From Octopus sinensis (lineage: Eukaryota), in the NCBI RefSeq assembly GCF_006345805.1, contig NC_043003.1:102920001-102984000 (forward strand): DNA of 64,000 nt, written 5' to 3'. The notes under the pieces are model-generated. The model ran no database searches and had not been told where the DNA came from. It was given only the letters and a program-made list of their open reading frames with translations. Below, piece by piece: positions 1 through 13,111 of this stretch (within the stretch, counting starts at the first letter, position 1; each line of letters opens with the position of its first letter). The position numbers and the translations under genes are program-made.

Positions 1-771
1 CATCCTCCGGGAAAACGCTTTCCCATTCGGACTGCCGGGACCATGAGGCGGTCTGAATTACAGGAAATCGAGATTATGTAAGAATTTCGTTGCTTTTTAC
101 ACGAATAATAAGCTTGTTCATTTTTTTTATCATTTGGTACAAAGGCAGACATTTTGAGCGAAGGTGAAGAGAAACTGAATGATTCTCAGGAGGTGGTGAG
201 AATTTATTTCATCAACCTGGGAAAGGTAAAATGTAAAACCTTGGGTCGACCAGAGCTTTGATGAGGAAACTGCATAGAAGCCCACGGGAGAGACAGCTCC
301 TATCCTTAGGTTGTACACTAATCTAACATCCAGTTTTACAGGATTTTCATTGCAAATATGATGTCGGTAGCCTCCATCTAAATTTCTACATGGAGAAGAA
401 TTTCTATGTAATCTCCTTCCAACTACCTAGATACAGACTAATACAAAGAAAATGTTGTTCTTTCATTCTTTTCTCTAGATATATTTTCTTTTTCATGGCT
501 CCCCTTCTGAATAAACGGATGTTTGTATATCGTTAAAATAGTTGGAACTTCTTCAACGTGCATTGTTTATTCAAGTTAAAAGGATTAATAATGCTGTACA
601 TTTACTGCACTGGTTTGTGTTAAATAATATATTTCAGCCTCTCCATAATAGATTACAGATATTTAGTGAAAAAATATGTATATAAATACATTCCTATTTT
701 AAAAGTACATGTGCGCGCGTGCGTATACGTATGTATGTGATGTGTGCATGTATGTATGTCATAATCGTCGT

Positions 772-1020
772 CGTCGTCATCATCATCATCATCATCATTC
801 ATCATCATCATCATCATCATCATCATCGTCATAATTTACCTTCCGTTTTCCATGCTGGCAAGGGTTGAAGGGTTTGATAGCCGGCAAGCCGGAGAGCTGT
901 TTTGGCAGGACTTCCACAACTTAATACCCTTCCTAACGCCAACCACATTTTACAGAATGTACAGGGTGATTTTTTTATGCGGCACCAGTACAGGAACTTT
1001 TTACATGGCACCAGCACAGG
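772..1020 (-). mobile_element. RTE-related short retroposon 3' end with (GAT)n tail
   Basis: (CAT)n tract at ~772-830 followed by 'ttccgttttccatgctggcaagggttg...cccttcctaacgccaaccac'. The same motif occurs in the opposite orientation at ~59240-59375, ending in (GAT)n. Confidence 0.55.
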
Positions 1021-1034
1021 TGTGCATAGAGATA

Positions 1035-1204
1035 TGTATGTATGTATGTTTGTTTGTATGTATGTATATGTGTGTATATATATATATATATCATATATAT
1101 ATGTTGTATATATATATATGTATGTATATGTATATATATGTATATATATATGTATATATATATATATATATATACATATATGTATGTATATATATATATA
1201 TATA

Positions 1205-1282
<78 letters not shown>

Positions 1283-1300
1283 TGTATGTATGTATATATC
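1035..1300. repeat. (TA)n/(TATG)n microsatellite
   Basis: Visible directly; it explains the overlapping IY/YI ORFs at 829-1373. Confidence 0.95.
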
Positions 1301-1420
1301 AATATCTATAAATCTGAAATGCGAAAAGTTTGTTTGTCCGGGTTTGGTATTGGAACGAGTTAAAGGGCACTAGATCCCGTCGGATTGACTCCAAAATTTA
1401 CAGGGACGTATAAAATGAGG

Positions 1421-1469
<49 letters not shown>

Positions 1470-2019
1470 TATAATACAGATATATACACTTTGTATATAT
1501 ACATATTTATATATAGAACACACACACACATATATAAATTAACCCAATAAATATCTGATTCATAATATTTGTTCTCATGATTGTGTGGTGGTGGTGGCGA
1601 TAATAAAACTCTCTATGAATGCAGACAGACATACAGAGAGAGAGAGAGAAAGAGGGAGGCGGTGGAGGAAAGAGGGACAGCGCTGGCGAAGGCAGCGAAG
1701 GAAAGATAGTCGTATCTGTCAAACGACGTTATAGAGAGAAAGTGATGGGAAGGGAGGAAACAGAGAGAGAGACAGAGGAAGACATGCAGATAAGAGAATG
1801 AGAGGAGACTTGTCAAAGTGTGCGTTTTTTGCCATAGTAACGACACCTTTTAAGATAGGGATTTCTAACCTAACCCACTCGCATCCTCACCTCATTTTAT
1901 ACGTCCCTGTAAATTTTGGAGTCAATCCGACGGGATCTAGTGCCCTTTAACTCGTTCCAATGCCAAACCCGGACAAACAAACTTTTCGCATTTCAGATTA
2001 TAGATATTGATATATACAT
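1291..2019. repeat. Inverted repeat with ~130-bp arms (1291-1421 / 1889-2019), fold-back or MITE-like
   Basis: 'atctataaatctgaaatgcgaaaagtttgtttgtccggg...tataaaatgaggt' is reverse-complemented at 1889-2019 with about 2 differences. Confidence 0.9.
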
Positions 2020-2052
2020 ATATATATACAACACACACACACACACACAACA

Positions 2053-2083
<31 letters not shown>

Positions 2084-2085
2084 AT

Positions 2086-2116
<31 letters not shown>

Positions 2117-2122
2117 ATATAT

Positions 2123-3160
2123 ACAGACATTACCCAGCTCAACTCATAGACGATGGGATCAGACGTGCAACAGAAATCAACATAGAAACTTTAAGAAAAG
2201 TTCAACACAACAACACACCTTCCCCGAAAATACTACCTTACATATCTACATACAACCCCAGAAACAAAGAAGCCTTCACCATCATCACCCAGAATTTACC
2301 AATACTTCATAAAGACCCCAAATAAAGGAAATTCTAAACATACACCAAATCATTAAAAGCTACAAACAGCCTAAATCACTTAAAAAGATTCTCACAAAGG
2401 CAAAATTGTCTTCTGAAATTACGGATGCAAAAGTTAAAAAATATGGTAGATCGAACTGTGCAACATGCCCTAACCTGCTAGAAGGATCAGAATTCCTCTT
2501 TAAAGAGGGACAGAAATTCAAGATTAAATCTAACTTTACTTGTGCCTCTCAAAACATAATTTATGTCATAAAATGCTCAGGCGGCCACCAAGACTACGTG
2601 GGTTCCACGGGACTATCACTCAGACGTAGATGCACACTGCATCGACAACAAATTGCATTCCCAGAATATAGAATGATACCTTTTAGTGAGCACATTGAGA
2701 AATGCGCAAAGCAACTACTACCACAATTTTTAATCTTTCCATTTTACCAATGTGCTTTCGGATCATCAACACAAATTAGACTAAACAAGGAAACATTCTT
2801 CCTTGAAAAGTATAAGCCCAGACTCAACCATCCGAACATACTGATACAGGGAAATTCACACCAAGGGAAATGAAAAAAATTTTTAAGCGATTATCTCCCT
2901 TACACCGGAAGAAATCACTCACTACCTTCCCTTATTTAGAACTCTCCTGAACATAAACATAACGAAAATCTCTTCAACATAAACATCGCAAGAAATTTGA
3001 AAAGCTACACGCGAAACCGGTCTTTCTTTTAATTATGTCATTATAAGAGAAAAAAATTTTTTTTTTAAAATTTTTCTAATATTCTTCAGACATATTGACG
3101 CAAAATATATTATTTTTTTAACATTTAAGCCTTCTGTAGTTTTTCACTCTTTACTTTTTC
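2123..3160 (+). mobile_element. 5'-truncated Penelope-like (Neptune-type) retroelement copy: GIY-YIG endonuclease + 3' terminus
   Basis: ORF 2406-2873 has a CxxC linker and IIYVIKCS..HQDYVGSTGLSLRRRCTLH (GIY-YIG-like). Near-identical to 16333-17372 and flanked by (TA)n. Confidence 0.9.
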
Positions 3161-3285
3161 TATATATATATATATATAATTTGTATACATTTGTACATAT
3201 AATACGTACACACACACACACACACACACACCAACACACACACACTATATATATATTTATATAAAACATTATTGTGATTGAAGAA

Positions 3286-3613
3286 ATTGAAGATTTAAAG
3301 GCTGGTGCAAATTTTAGCTGATGTAACAGAGAATTCCTAAACACCCGTTCCTGTAATTTTAATCCCCTCCAGCCCCATTTAGACCCCTTTTCACATTTTG
3401 GTTAATATACCCGATTTCATTCAGGTCTATCGGCCACATTTTATAAGATGAGGAATTTTGTCCTAGAGGTCACGCCTTTTGTACCACCAACGCACGGTGC
3501 AACGCCAGATGGTTTCTCCAACCGTGCTGTTCACTGCTGTGATTTTGCTACTAAGGTATCGGTTAAACTTTTGATTAATCCACTACAAGATTATTCATCT
3601 TTCTATTTCACAT

Positions 3614-3651
<38 letters not shown>

Positions 3652-3962
3652 TTATATATATATAATGTGTGCATTATGTGGTCGGTTGAGCTGGAAATAT
3701 GCACATCTATGTTAAAAGTGCTGGCAAGTTTGCATGGCAACTATTTTTTTTCCTCAAATGAAAGGCGTGACCTCTAGGACAAAATTCCTCATCTTATAAA
3801 ATGTGGCCCGAGTAGACCTGAATGAAATCGGGTTATATTAACCAAAATGTGAAAAGGGGTCTAAATGGGGCTGGAAGGGGATTAAAATTTACAGGAACGG
3901 GTGTTTAGGAATTCTCTGTTACATCAAGCTAAAAAATTTGCACCAGCCTTTAAATCTTCAAT
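3286..3962. repeat. Inverted repeat with ~195-bp arms (3286-3478 / 3762-3962) around a (TA)n-containing spacer
   Basis: 'attgaagatttaaaggctggtgc...ctagaggtcacgccttt' is reverse-complemented with only small indels. Confidence 0.9.
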
Positions 3963-4563
3963 GTGTTGCCGTCCATGATGAAGAAGTTTTGAATGCTTCC
4001 ATTGGTGAGTCTACTGTCGTGAGAAAGAATCACTTCAAAACTTGGTGTTTAGGAATTTTCTTTTACATCAAGTTCAAAATTTTACGCCAGCCGTTAAACT
4101 GCCACTACGTTGCTGTCTGTCGTTAAGAAATGCCAGCCATGGTGACTCTACTATCCTCAGATTCTATCCCTTCAAAATTTGGTTTCCAATATTTTTTTAT
4201 TTTTATTCAGCTCGCAAGTTCGTCTGTCCCTTTTAAATGTTAGTGTTTTGCTGTCTGCCTTGAAGCAGACCTTTCCGTTGTCACTGCCTGATATTTATGA
4301 TTGATCTTTCAAAATATATTCTTTCTCAACTTACTCAAGATCTTTTGTTGTTTATAAATCGGAGAGAGATAGATAGAGAAAGATAGCGAGTAAGAGAAAG
4401 CGATGGAGAGTCCGAGAGAAAGGAAGAGTAAGAGAGTGGGAAAGTGAGAGAGAAAAAAGAGAGAAACAAAGAGGGAGAATGTGGTGATAATAAACAGAAA
4501 GGAAGCAACAGAAAATAACAACCACACTCTTACCCGCACGTAGAGCGGGTCACCTTAAGCTAG

Positions 4564-4623
<60 letters not shown>

Positions 4624-4933
4624 ATATATTATATATATAGATATATATATATATATCTATATATATATATATGTATATATATATATAATATATATATATA
4701 ATATATATATATATATTTATATATATAGAGTAATGTACTTGAATCAAAAGTCATGGAAACCAGAAATCCAGAGTGGATGCGGTAAGAGTTAAAAATAATT
4801 TTAGAGAGAATAGCTATATTGCAAAGATTTAATGCTTTAGCAAAGAAAGTCTGCTTTTGCTAATTCTATAGTTCTTCTAAAACCTGTAAGTACCATATGT
4901 GTATGTGTGTATGTATGCATGTATGTCTGTATG

Positions 4934-4972
<39 letters not shown>

Positions 4973-5029
4973 ATGTATGAATATGTATATACGTATGTAT
5001 GTACACATACACATGCACACGCACACATA

Positions 5030-5330
5030 TTTTAGAATTTTGAAAGTACCCGCAAAAGCAGTTGATGGGGATGATAGATTTATATTTAGAGATTATTTTT
5101 TGAATGGGAAGCATTATTGATGCTGTAAGTAGCATAGAGGTGAAATGAAGCTACCAATGGCCATATTGTATCATAAATTCACAGCTTTTTCAGTAGCAAG
5201 AAACTACACGAAGACCAGGAAGATATTGTGATACTGGTAAATGACGTGTTTGAAGAAATCTTTTAGAAGATGACGTGGTTCAGTTACTAGGGTCTCACAC
5301 ACAAAGATTGTATAATGCGAAGCTGATATT
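5030..5330 (+). pseudogene. Possible pogo/Tigger-like transposase C-terminal remnant
   Basis: Frame-broken peptides IIDAVSSIEVK and VFEEI..EDDVVQLLGSHTQRLYNAKL resemble the Tigger C-terminal 'EDV.ELL.SH..EL' motif. Weak, judged by eye. Confidence 0.3.
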
Positions 5331-5904
5331 AAAAAGAGTAAGCTTTCAAAGAGAAAGTTTGTCTACGGAGTACAGAAATTTCATTTCAAAAGAGTTGGTT
5401 CTTATAAAGGTAATGTATCCAAACGAATGATAATTGTTACATGAGTTTATCAGGGGCGGACCTTTGGGGTGGGGGATGAGAGGCACGTGCCCCAATCAAG
5501 AAAAGAAGTATGCCTTTCTAAATAATATTATTACACCCTTTTCTCCTAGAATTGTATTCCTTTCTGACCTTGTGCCCTCTCTTCGAAAAATTCCTAGGAC
5601 CGCGCCTGGTTTTATGATAAACCCAGTTCTTTCTTATACTGTGCTGTTCAAGGAGATGATGCACTATAAACACGAAACACCTTTGAATGAGTCCTTTATA
5701 GCAGACATTCCCCATTTTCCTAATAACTTTCCGTCAACATCACTTGTGGTAACTGCATACAATAATACACTATACTATTTTATTCTCTGATATATATCTC
5801 TTAGATATGAGTATGTGTATATGTCTATGTGTTTGTGTGTATATGTGCATGTATGTGTGTGTATGCGCGCGCGTGTGTGTGTCTATGTATACATACATAA
5901 TTGG

Positions 5905-6230
5905 TATTCCGCCGCTTACGACGGCGAAGGTTTCAGCTGATCAACGGAACATCCGGCTCGTGAAATTTACGTGCGAGTGGCTGAGCATTGTACAGACATT
6001 CGTACACCTTAACGTAGATGTCAGGAAGATTCGGTGAGACACAGAATGGGACGAAGCTGGTCCTTTAAGGCGCAGTCACAACGCACTTTTGCCAGCTGAG
6101 CAGATTGGGGCAACGTGAAATAAAGCACATTGTCCAAGTACGCAACGCGCCGCCGTGAATCGAGTGAATCGAACTCACAGCCTTACGATCACGAGCCGAA
6201 TATGCCTAACCACTAAGCCACACACCTTCA
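5905..6230. mobile_element. SINE fragments (a + strand body fragment and a - strand tRNA-like head)
   Basis: 5905-6070 matches 37105-37262. 6090-6230 is the reverse complement of the head at 36152-36290. Confidence 0.6.
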
Positions 6231-6278
6231 CTACATACATACATACTTACATACGTACATACATACATACGCGCGCGC

Positions 6279-6311
<33 letters not shown>

Positions 6312-6313
6312 CA

Positions 6314-6379
<66 letters not shown>

Positions 6380-6397
6380 CATACATATATACATACA

Positions 6398-6431
<34 letters not shown>

Positions 6432-6645
6432 CATACATACATACATGCATGCATGCATACATACATACATACATACATACATACATACATACATACATAC
6501 ATGCATGCATACATACATACATACATACATACATACATACATACATACATACATACATACATACATACATACACACATACATACATACATACATACATAC
6601 ATACATACATACATACATACATACATGCATGCATACATACATACA

Positions 6646-6679
<34 letters not shown>

Positions 6680-6720
6680 CACACACACACACACACATAC
6701 ATACATACATACATACATAT
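6230..6720. repeat. (TACA)n microsatellite
   Basis: Visible directly. Confidence 0.97.
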
Positions 6721-6853
6721 ACGTGTGCTATTGTGAATGGGTTTAAAATTTGAGATTTTTATGATTAAAAGTAGTTGTTGACTGGGACACCGCTAACTTT
6801 GATAACAATAACCGTCTGATAATATTATCTGTGCTTATAATAACCAGCTTCTG

Positions 6854-7078
6854 AGCTGGCAGAAACGTTAGCGCGCCGGGCGAAATGCTTAGCGGTATTT
6901 TCGTCTGTCGTTACGTTCTGAGTTCAAATTCCGCCGAGGTCAACTTTGCCTTTCATCCTTTCGGGGTCGATAAATAAAGTACCAGTTTCGCACTGGGGTC
7001 GATATAATCGACTCAATCCCTTCGTCTATCCTTGTTTGTTCTCTCTATGTTTAGCCCCTTCTGGGCAGTAAAGAAATA
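6854..7078 (+). mobile_element. tRNA-derived SINE (family B; core 'ttcatcctttcggggtcgataaataaagtaccag')
   Basis: tRNA-like head with B-box 'gagttcaaattcc' and conserved core; many other copies in the window. Confidence 0.85.
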
Positions 7079-9213
7079 TATTTTGTTTCATATTTTTATC
7101 TCCCCATTTTAGTCTTTCGTGCTTTCTTTTTCTCACTTTTTATTTTATATTTTGGTTCGCATCTTACACCGACAAATTCCGTATTGATTAACAATTGGGA
7201 GTTAGGATGATACCCATCATTTTCCTGTAACACACACACACACACACACACACAAACAGAAGTATACAAACACACAATAACACACATAAAGAAGCATTGT
7301 ATGTGATACAGTGTGTGTGGAAAAGAATAGGTAACAGAAATTAGGTCACCTGACCTGGTTTCATATAGGGCTGCTAAAAGTGATAGAAGTCGCAGCAGTC
7401 GCCGCAGTAGTAGGTAAGAGTTGTGTGGGTGGGTGGGTGGGTGTATATGTGTTTATATAATCGACTAAATCGATTAAAACTCTTGAACACGTATCCCAAC
7501 ACGATCGTAGTTAAGTCGACAGAAATCTATTACACATACACACACACACACACATATATATATATGTATATGTATATGTATATGTATGTATGTATTCATA
7601 CATTATATGGTATATGTGCGTGGTATCATTGTATGCTTAGCATGAGTATGTATTTTATAGTTATGTTGTTGTGAGTGTTGCTGTGTTATGTATCTTGTTT
7701 GTGTTGTTATGTAGATGAAATATGGAAAGTGTACTTCAGTTTATGTGTTTTTATACAATGGTTATGTATGTGGGCGAGCTATATTGTATATATAGATATA
7801 CGTATAATACATATACACACATATTGTTGTAGTTGATCTTGGATGTGAATGTATATGTGCGTAAGTGTGTGAAGTGGCGATGTGTGTGAGTTAAACAAAA
7901 AGAAAAAGAAATAAATGCTTAGTAAGGAAAGATGAGTTACTATTCGCGTTGAAGCTTAAAGTACATGGAATCACTGTGCAAGTCTACACTGAGTATGGAG
8001 GGAGATTGCGTGAAGCGATCTATTGCGTGTAACGGGAGAGTAAACAATTTCCGAGACATGTTCTGAAATTTTCCAGCAAAACTATCAGACAACATATGTC
8101 TGATATATATGGAGTATTTTAAGCTGTAAATAAGATTGTTAGATGTCATGTAGGAAAATGGTGACCGAGTCCGGTAAGAAGGGTGTGTTGGAGAGGTAAG
8201 AGCAAGTGTAGTAGCAGGGTGAGAAAGAAGGTAAGATCTAGATTGAATGAAGTGAATAAAGAAGGAGCTACAAACGAGTAAATCACATAGATTGCAGAGG
8301 AACTTAGGATGGGTAAGAAAATATCTGGGATGCGATAGTTAGGATTGGATAATTTTGAATGCACGTAGCGAGTATATACTGAAAGGAGGGCGGTTGATGA
8401 GAGAGAAAGCGCAAAAGGTAGTTGTGAGTGGGGTGGACGTGAGGGAGAGGGCAGAGATGTGGTCAACTTCACGAACGCTGGGAGAATTCTTTTGACAAGG
8501 GTGGGTGGAAGCATCTATGTTGAGTGAAACGTGAGACTATGTACTGAGGTTGTTTCAAAATCATGCTCAATTCTACAGAGGCGGCAGAGGCAGAGAGATA
8601 GATTGTAAAAGGATGGAGTGGTATGTGTGCAGTGAAACGAGGAGAAGTCGAGGTAGAAATGTGAGTTATTGAATTTGTAAAAACGGAAATGATAAGTATG
8701 AGTAATAGGTGGCAAAAAGTATGAGAGACGTTAAGAAAGTTACCGGTAGTTGTGTCAGAAATAAAGGAGAATTGTATTGGGGTTAGAGTGAAACGACTTG
8801 AATGAGCAGATAGCAGTATTTATGTTGTTTGTATCGGAGAGGGATTTGCCGCCAATACAGTCGTCAGTGTCGTGATCATATACCTCAAGGGTTGGTAAAC
8901 TGTAATATGGGCCACAACAAAGCTAACCAACAGGATGACTTAGTTGGGGACCATTCTGGTGTGCATAGCCACTGAGAGAGATGAGTGAGAAAGTATGTGT
9001 GTGGGGAGGGGGAAAGAGAGCGAGAGAGGGAGAGAGAGCTAGAGATGGAAAGAGAGTAAGAGAGGGAGAGAAAAACAAGTTAACGGCTGAAAGAAGGAAA
9101 AAAGATTTTGACGAAACAAATTTATAACATTTCTGCACCTCACACTAACACACTCATTCTACTACGACTCCATCAAAATCTTCAATGTCTTTAGGTCACT
9201 TCTTGACTCATCC

Positions 9214-9257
<44 letters not shown>

Positions 9258-9556
9258 AGGTGGGAGAGGAAAAGAGAGAGAGAGAGGGGAAAAGAGAGAG
9301 AGGAGTGGAGGAGAGAAAGAGGGGAGAGAGACAGAGAGAGAGAAAGAAAGAGCCACTGAAGAGAGCCATTGGAGCTTGGATATTTTTTCATGCATTATTT
9401 CGGGTTGAATCTGATTCTTTAGAAATGGTGACGTTATTTCAAAGACAAAATACATACCGATGCTTACAATCATAGATATATGGATGCATATGTCTATCTG
9501 TTTGTCTATCCATCCATTTATCCAGCCAGCCAGCCAGCTATCTATCTTATCTATCG

Positions 9557-9641
<85 letters not shown>

Positions 9642-9663
9642 CACATACAAACACACACACACA

Positions 9664-10918
9664 CAGAACTACGCTAATAGCTTAGGAGTGAAATTTAGGA
9701 TTTCTCGGTTTTCTGTGAATCGATTTTGATATAACTTTTTCCAATTAGTTTGCACACTATGGCAACGCTATTGTTATGTTTTCATAGGTATATAGGTACT
9801 CGATCAGATCAAGTCAGGGGAACAAAGTGGCCACTCCATCAAACGACCTCCAGAGAAGCCTATTTGCTGCAGTTATTCCTTAGAATTCTTCGCTGCATGA
9901 GATGGAGCATTCTCTTGCATGAAGACTAGCTTTATCTTGAATGAAAGTTTTTGCTCTTTGAACCACGGTTGGAAATTGTCCTTTAAGAAGGTAACATAAG
10001 TTTTCGATGTTATCTAGGGCTTTCATGCCCTGACCGTGATACCACAAACGATGCCATCCCGAAACATGACCCCCTCCCCACTTCTCCCCTATTGGCGCCT
10101 CAAACTATGAGGATGGTTCCATCTGACTGATACCCAACCTTCACTCCAGCCACCTGGTCCGTCAAGGGTAGCACGACATTCGTCACTGAACAGAACTGTT
10201 GATAAATCTATCTTCATGTATTTTCTGTCCGTTTCAGTCTCTTCTGCTAAAAAACAGCCTTCAGACAGGGTCTTGCAACAGGTTTAACATTCCTGGATAC
10301 CCGCTTCAAGAGGCGACACCTGGTTGTTTTCGATATGTCTTCCCTGCCACAACGTTTGAAGACTTCTCTACTTGTCAGACATGGGTTCTACACAACTTCC
10401 TTTTTCACACGTTACAAAGTACGATTCGAAGCAACCCTCGTCTTACCCACATCTGCCTCGACCAGACGGAAATAGGAGACTCTTCAAATTTCTTCACTGT
10501 TCAGTGATCTCTTCCCAGAATTTTCTACGGTTGTTTTTTCCCTTTCCAAGTTCCGACACGATGGTGCACTTCTAATTCGAGATAAGATCACGTTTCTGAC
10601 CAATAATGAAACTTAAATTGGGCGCCTGCCTAGTAGTTTGGGACAGCAGAAATTTTGCTGTTACACGATAATGGCCGCCGTTTCTTTTCATCTGTGCAGA
10701 ATGTGCTCAAATAGGTGTTGCCAACAGTCAATGGGAAAACAACCGGTTTTGAACAAATACACATTTATTTATTGATTGATTTTATTTATCGGTTGATTTG
10801 CCTAATAATGTGGCACGCAGCGTAGTGTGTAAACCAGCTCGGAAAAGTCTTATCAAAATCGATTCGCAGAAAACCCAGAAATCCTACATTTCACTCCTAA
10901 GCTGTTAGCGTGGTTATG
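9664..10918 (-). mobile_element. Decayed full-length Tc1-like transposon, DD37E spacing (TRT/ITmD37E-like)
   Basis: ~70-bp imperfect TIRs (9664-9735 / ~10845-10918). Minus-strand peptides VLFSDECRATLDGPGGW, RRQ..G.GVMF and MQENAPSHAA...WPLCSPDL(N)LIE; 37 residues between the second acidic position (E here, D in consensus) and the final E after restoring a 1-nt deletion. Contains stops and frameshifts. Confidence 0.85.
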
Positions 10919-10929
10919 GGTATATATAT

Positions 10930-11084
10930 TTTATTTCATTCGTTTCAGTTATCGCACTGCGGCCATGCCGGAGCACCACCTTAAGTCGAACAAATGGACC
11001 CCAGAACATATTCTTCGTAGGCCTAGTACTTATCGTATCGGTCTATTTTGCTGAACCGCCAAGCGATGGTTGCGGGGACAAACA

Positions 11085-11147
<63 letters not shown>

Positions 11148-11317
11148 TATATATATATATATACGATAGGCTTCTTTTAGTTTCTGTCTACCAGATCCAC
11201 TCACAAGGCTTTGGTTGGTCTGAGGCTATAGTAGAAGACGATGCCACGCACTGGGACTAAACCCAGAACCATGTGATTGGTAAGCAAGCTACTTACCACA
11301 CAGTCATTCCTGCGCCT
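10930..11317 (-). mobile_element. tRNA-derived SINE (family A), near full length
   Basis: Reverse complement begins 'aggcgcagg...tgtgtggtaagtagcttgc...gggtttagtcccagtgc', has an internal (TG)n tract, and ends '...ccgcagtgcgataactgaaac'. Confidence 0.85.
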
Positions 11318-11329
11318 ATATATATATAT

Positions 11330-11596
11330 TTCTTTTATTCGTTTACTGGTTTCAGTAATTTGACTGCGGTCATGCTGGAGAACCGCATTTAATCAAGTGA
11401 ATCGACCACAGAACTTATTCTTTGTAAGCCTAGTATTTGTTCTATGGGGACGTAAAAACACCAACATCGGTTGTCAAGCGATGTTGGGAGACAACACAGA
11501 CATACACATACATACATACATACTACATACATACATACCTACATACATACTACATACACATATATTAAGTAATATATATTATATATATATATATAT

Positions 11597-11638
<42 letters not shown>

Positions 11639-11809
11639 TATAGATAGATAGATAGATAGATACGACGGCTTCTTTGAGTGTCCGTCTACCAAATCCACTC
11701 ACAAGGCTTTGGTCGGCCCGGCCCGAGGTTATAGTAGAAGACAGTTGGCCAAAGTGTCACGCAGTGGGACTGAACCCAGAATATGTGGTTGGGAAGCAAG
11801 CTTCTTACT

Positions 11810-11815
<6 letters not shown>
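11330..11815 (-). mobile_element. SINE family A copy split by (TACA)n/(GATA)n microsatellites
   Basis: 3' half at 11330-11510 and 5' half at 11662-11815 match other family A copies. Confidence 0.75.
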
Positions 11816-11840
<25 letters not shown>

Positions 11841-12247
11841 TGCATACATGCGCCAACGTATGTGTGTGTGTGTGTGTGCGCGCACGTATGCTTGTGTGTG
11901 TATGCTTATTATTGGAAAACTGGCATAGCTTAAATGAAAGTGAATTTTAGGAAAATGATATAATGAGTACCAGTCGGATATTGGGATCGATATGATCAGA
12001 TCAGCATCTTGGAAGTCGTATTCTTGCATGGGTGCAGTCCAATAACAGAGACAGAAATAAGTGTAATTAAAGATAAATGCATATGACCACACACGCAAAT
12101 ATCGAGTGCAGGCGCAGACACACGCACATACATGTACACACACAGATTTACAAACATAGTTGCATATATGTTCGACGGATCCGGCGCCTTTCGTGGAAGC
12201 TTCACCCGCTTCTTAGGACCGACTGACCCGTGCTCGACCGCCGTCGA

Positions 12248-12312
12248 AAGAAGCCCGTCGTATATATGTACATGTATATATATATATATATTATTATATA
12301 TATATATATATA

Positions 12313-12347
<35 letters not shown>

Positions 12348-12545
12348 GTGTTGTGTGTGTGTGTTTTGTCCCCTGCTGCTGGTGTGTTTACGTCCCCGTA
12401 ACTTAGCGGTTCGGCAAAAGAGGCCGATAGAATAAGTACTAGGCTTACAAAGAATACCTCCTGGGGGTCGATTTCCTCGACTAAAGGCGGTGCTCCAGCA
12501 TGGCCGCAGTCAAATGACTGAAACAAGTAAAGCGAGAAAGTGAAA
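12248..12545 (+). mobile_element. SINE family A, 3' portion
   Basis: 'gaaagaagcccgtcgtatat...ccccgtaacttagcggttcggc...ctccagcatggccgcagtcaaatgactgaaacaag'. Confidence 0.8.
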
Positions 12546-12866
12546 AGAGTATATATTGTATATCTATGCGTGTGTGTTTTATATATGCATGCATGTGCGT
12601 GTCTATCTTTCGCATGAAGCAAGCTATAGCTAAGTAGAGTACTCACGTAATTCTTACATAATTGCTATGGTGATGTTGAATGCGTTCAGTCGGTGTGTGT
12701 CGATATAACAATATATATTTTTGTTTGGTCAGATTTTTTTCTTTATTTCCCTTGTTAATATACCTATATTTTTTATAAATTTCTATGTATGTATGTATGT
12801 ATACACACGCGCACACACATATAAATAGAAGCATTAAAGTTATATATATATATATATGTATATATA

Positions 12867-12899
<33 letters not shown>

Positions 12900-13058
12900 G
12901 TATGTATGTATATATATGCGTGTATGTATAAATATCTAAACAGTACATATATATAAAAATGAATACATATATGTGTGGACGTATAGATATAGATATTTAT
13001 TTTTACATATTTGTGTTGTTTATATATATATATATATCATATACCAATATATATATAT

Positions 13059-13110
<52 letters not shown>

Positions 13111-13111
<1 letters not shown>

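Noticed and set aside
7940-8900. Purine-rich segment with a CRLC..E..ET..H peptide on the minus strand
   Set aside because: Suggestive of a LINE C-terminal knuckle but too degraded to assign without a database search.
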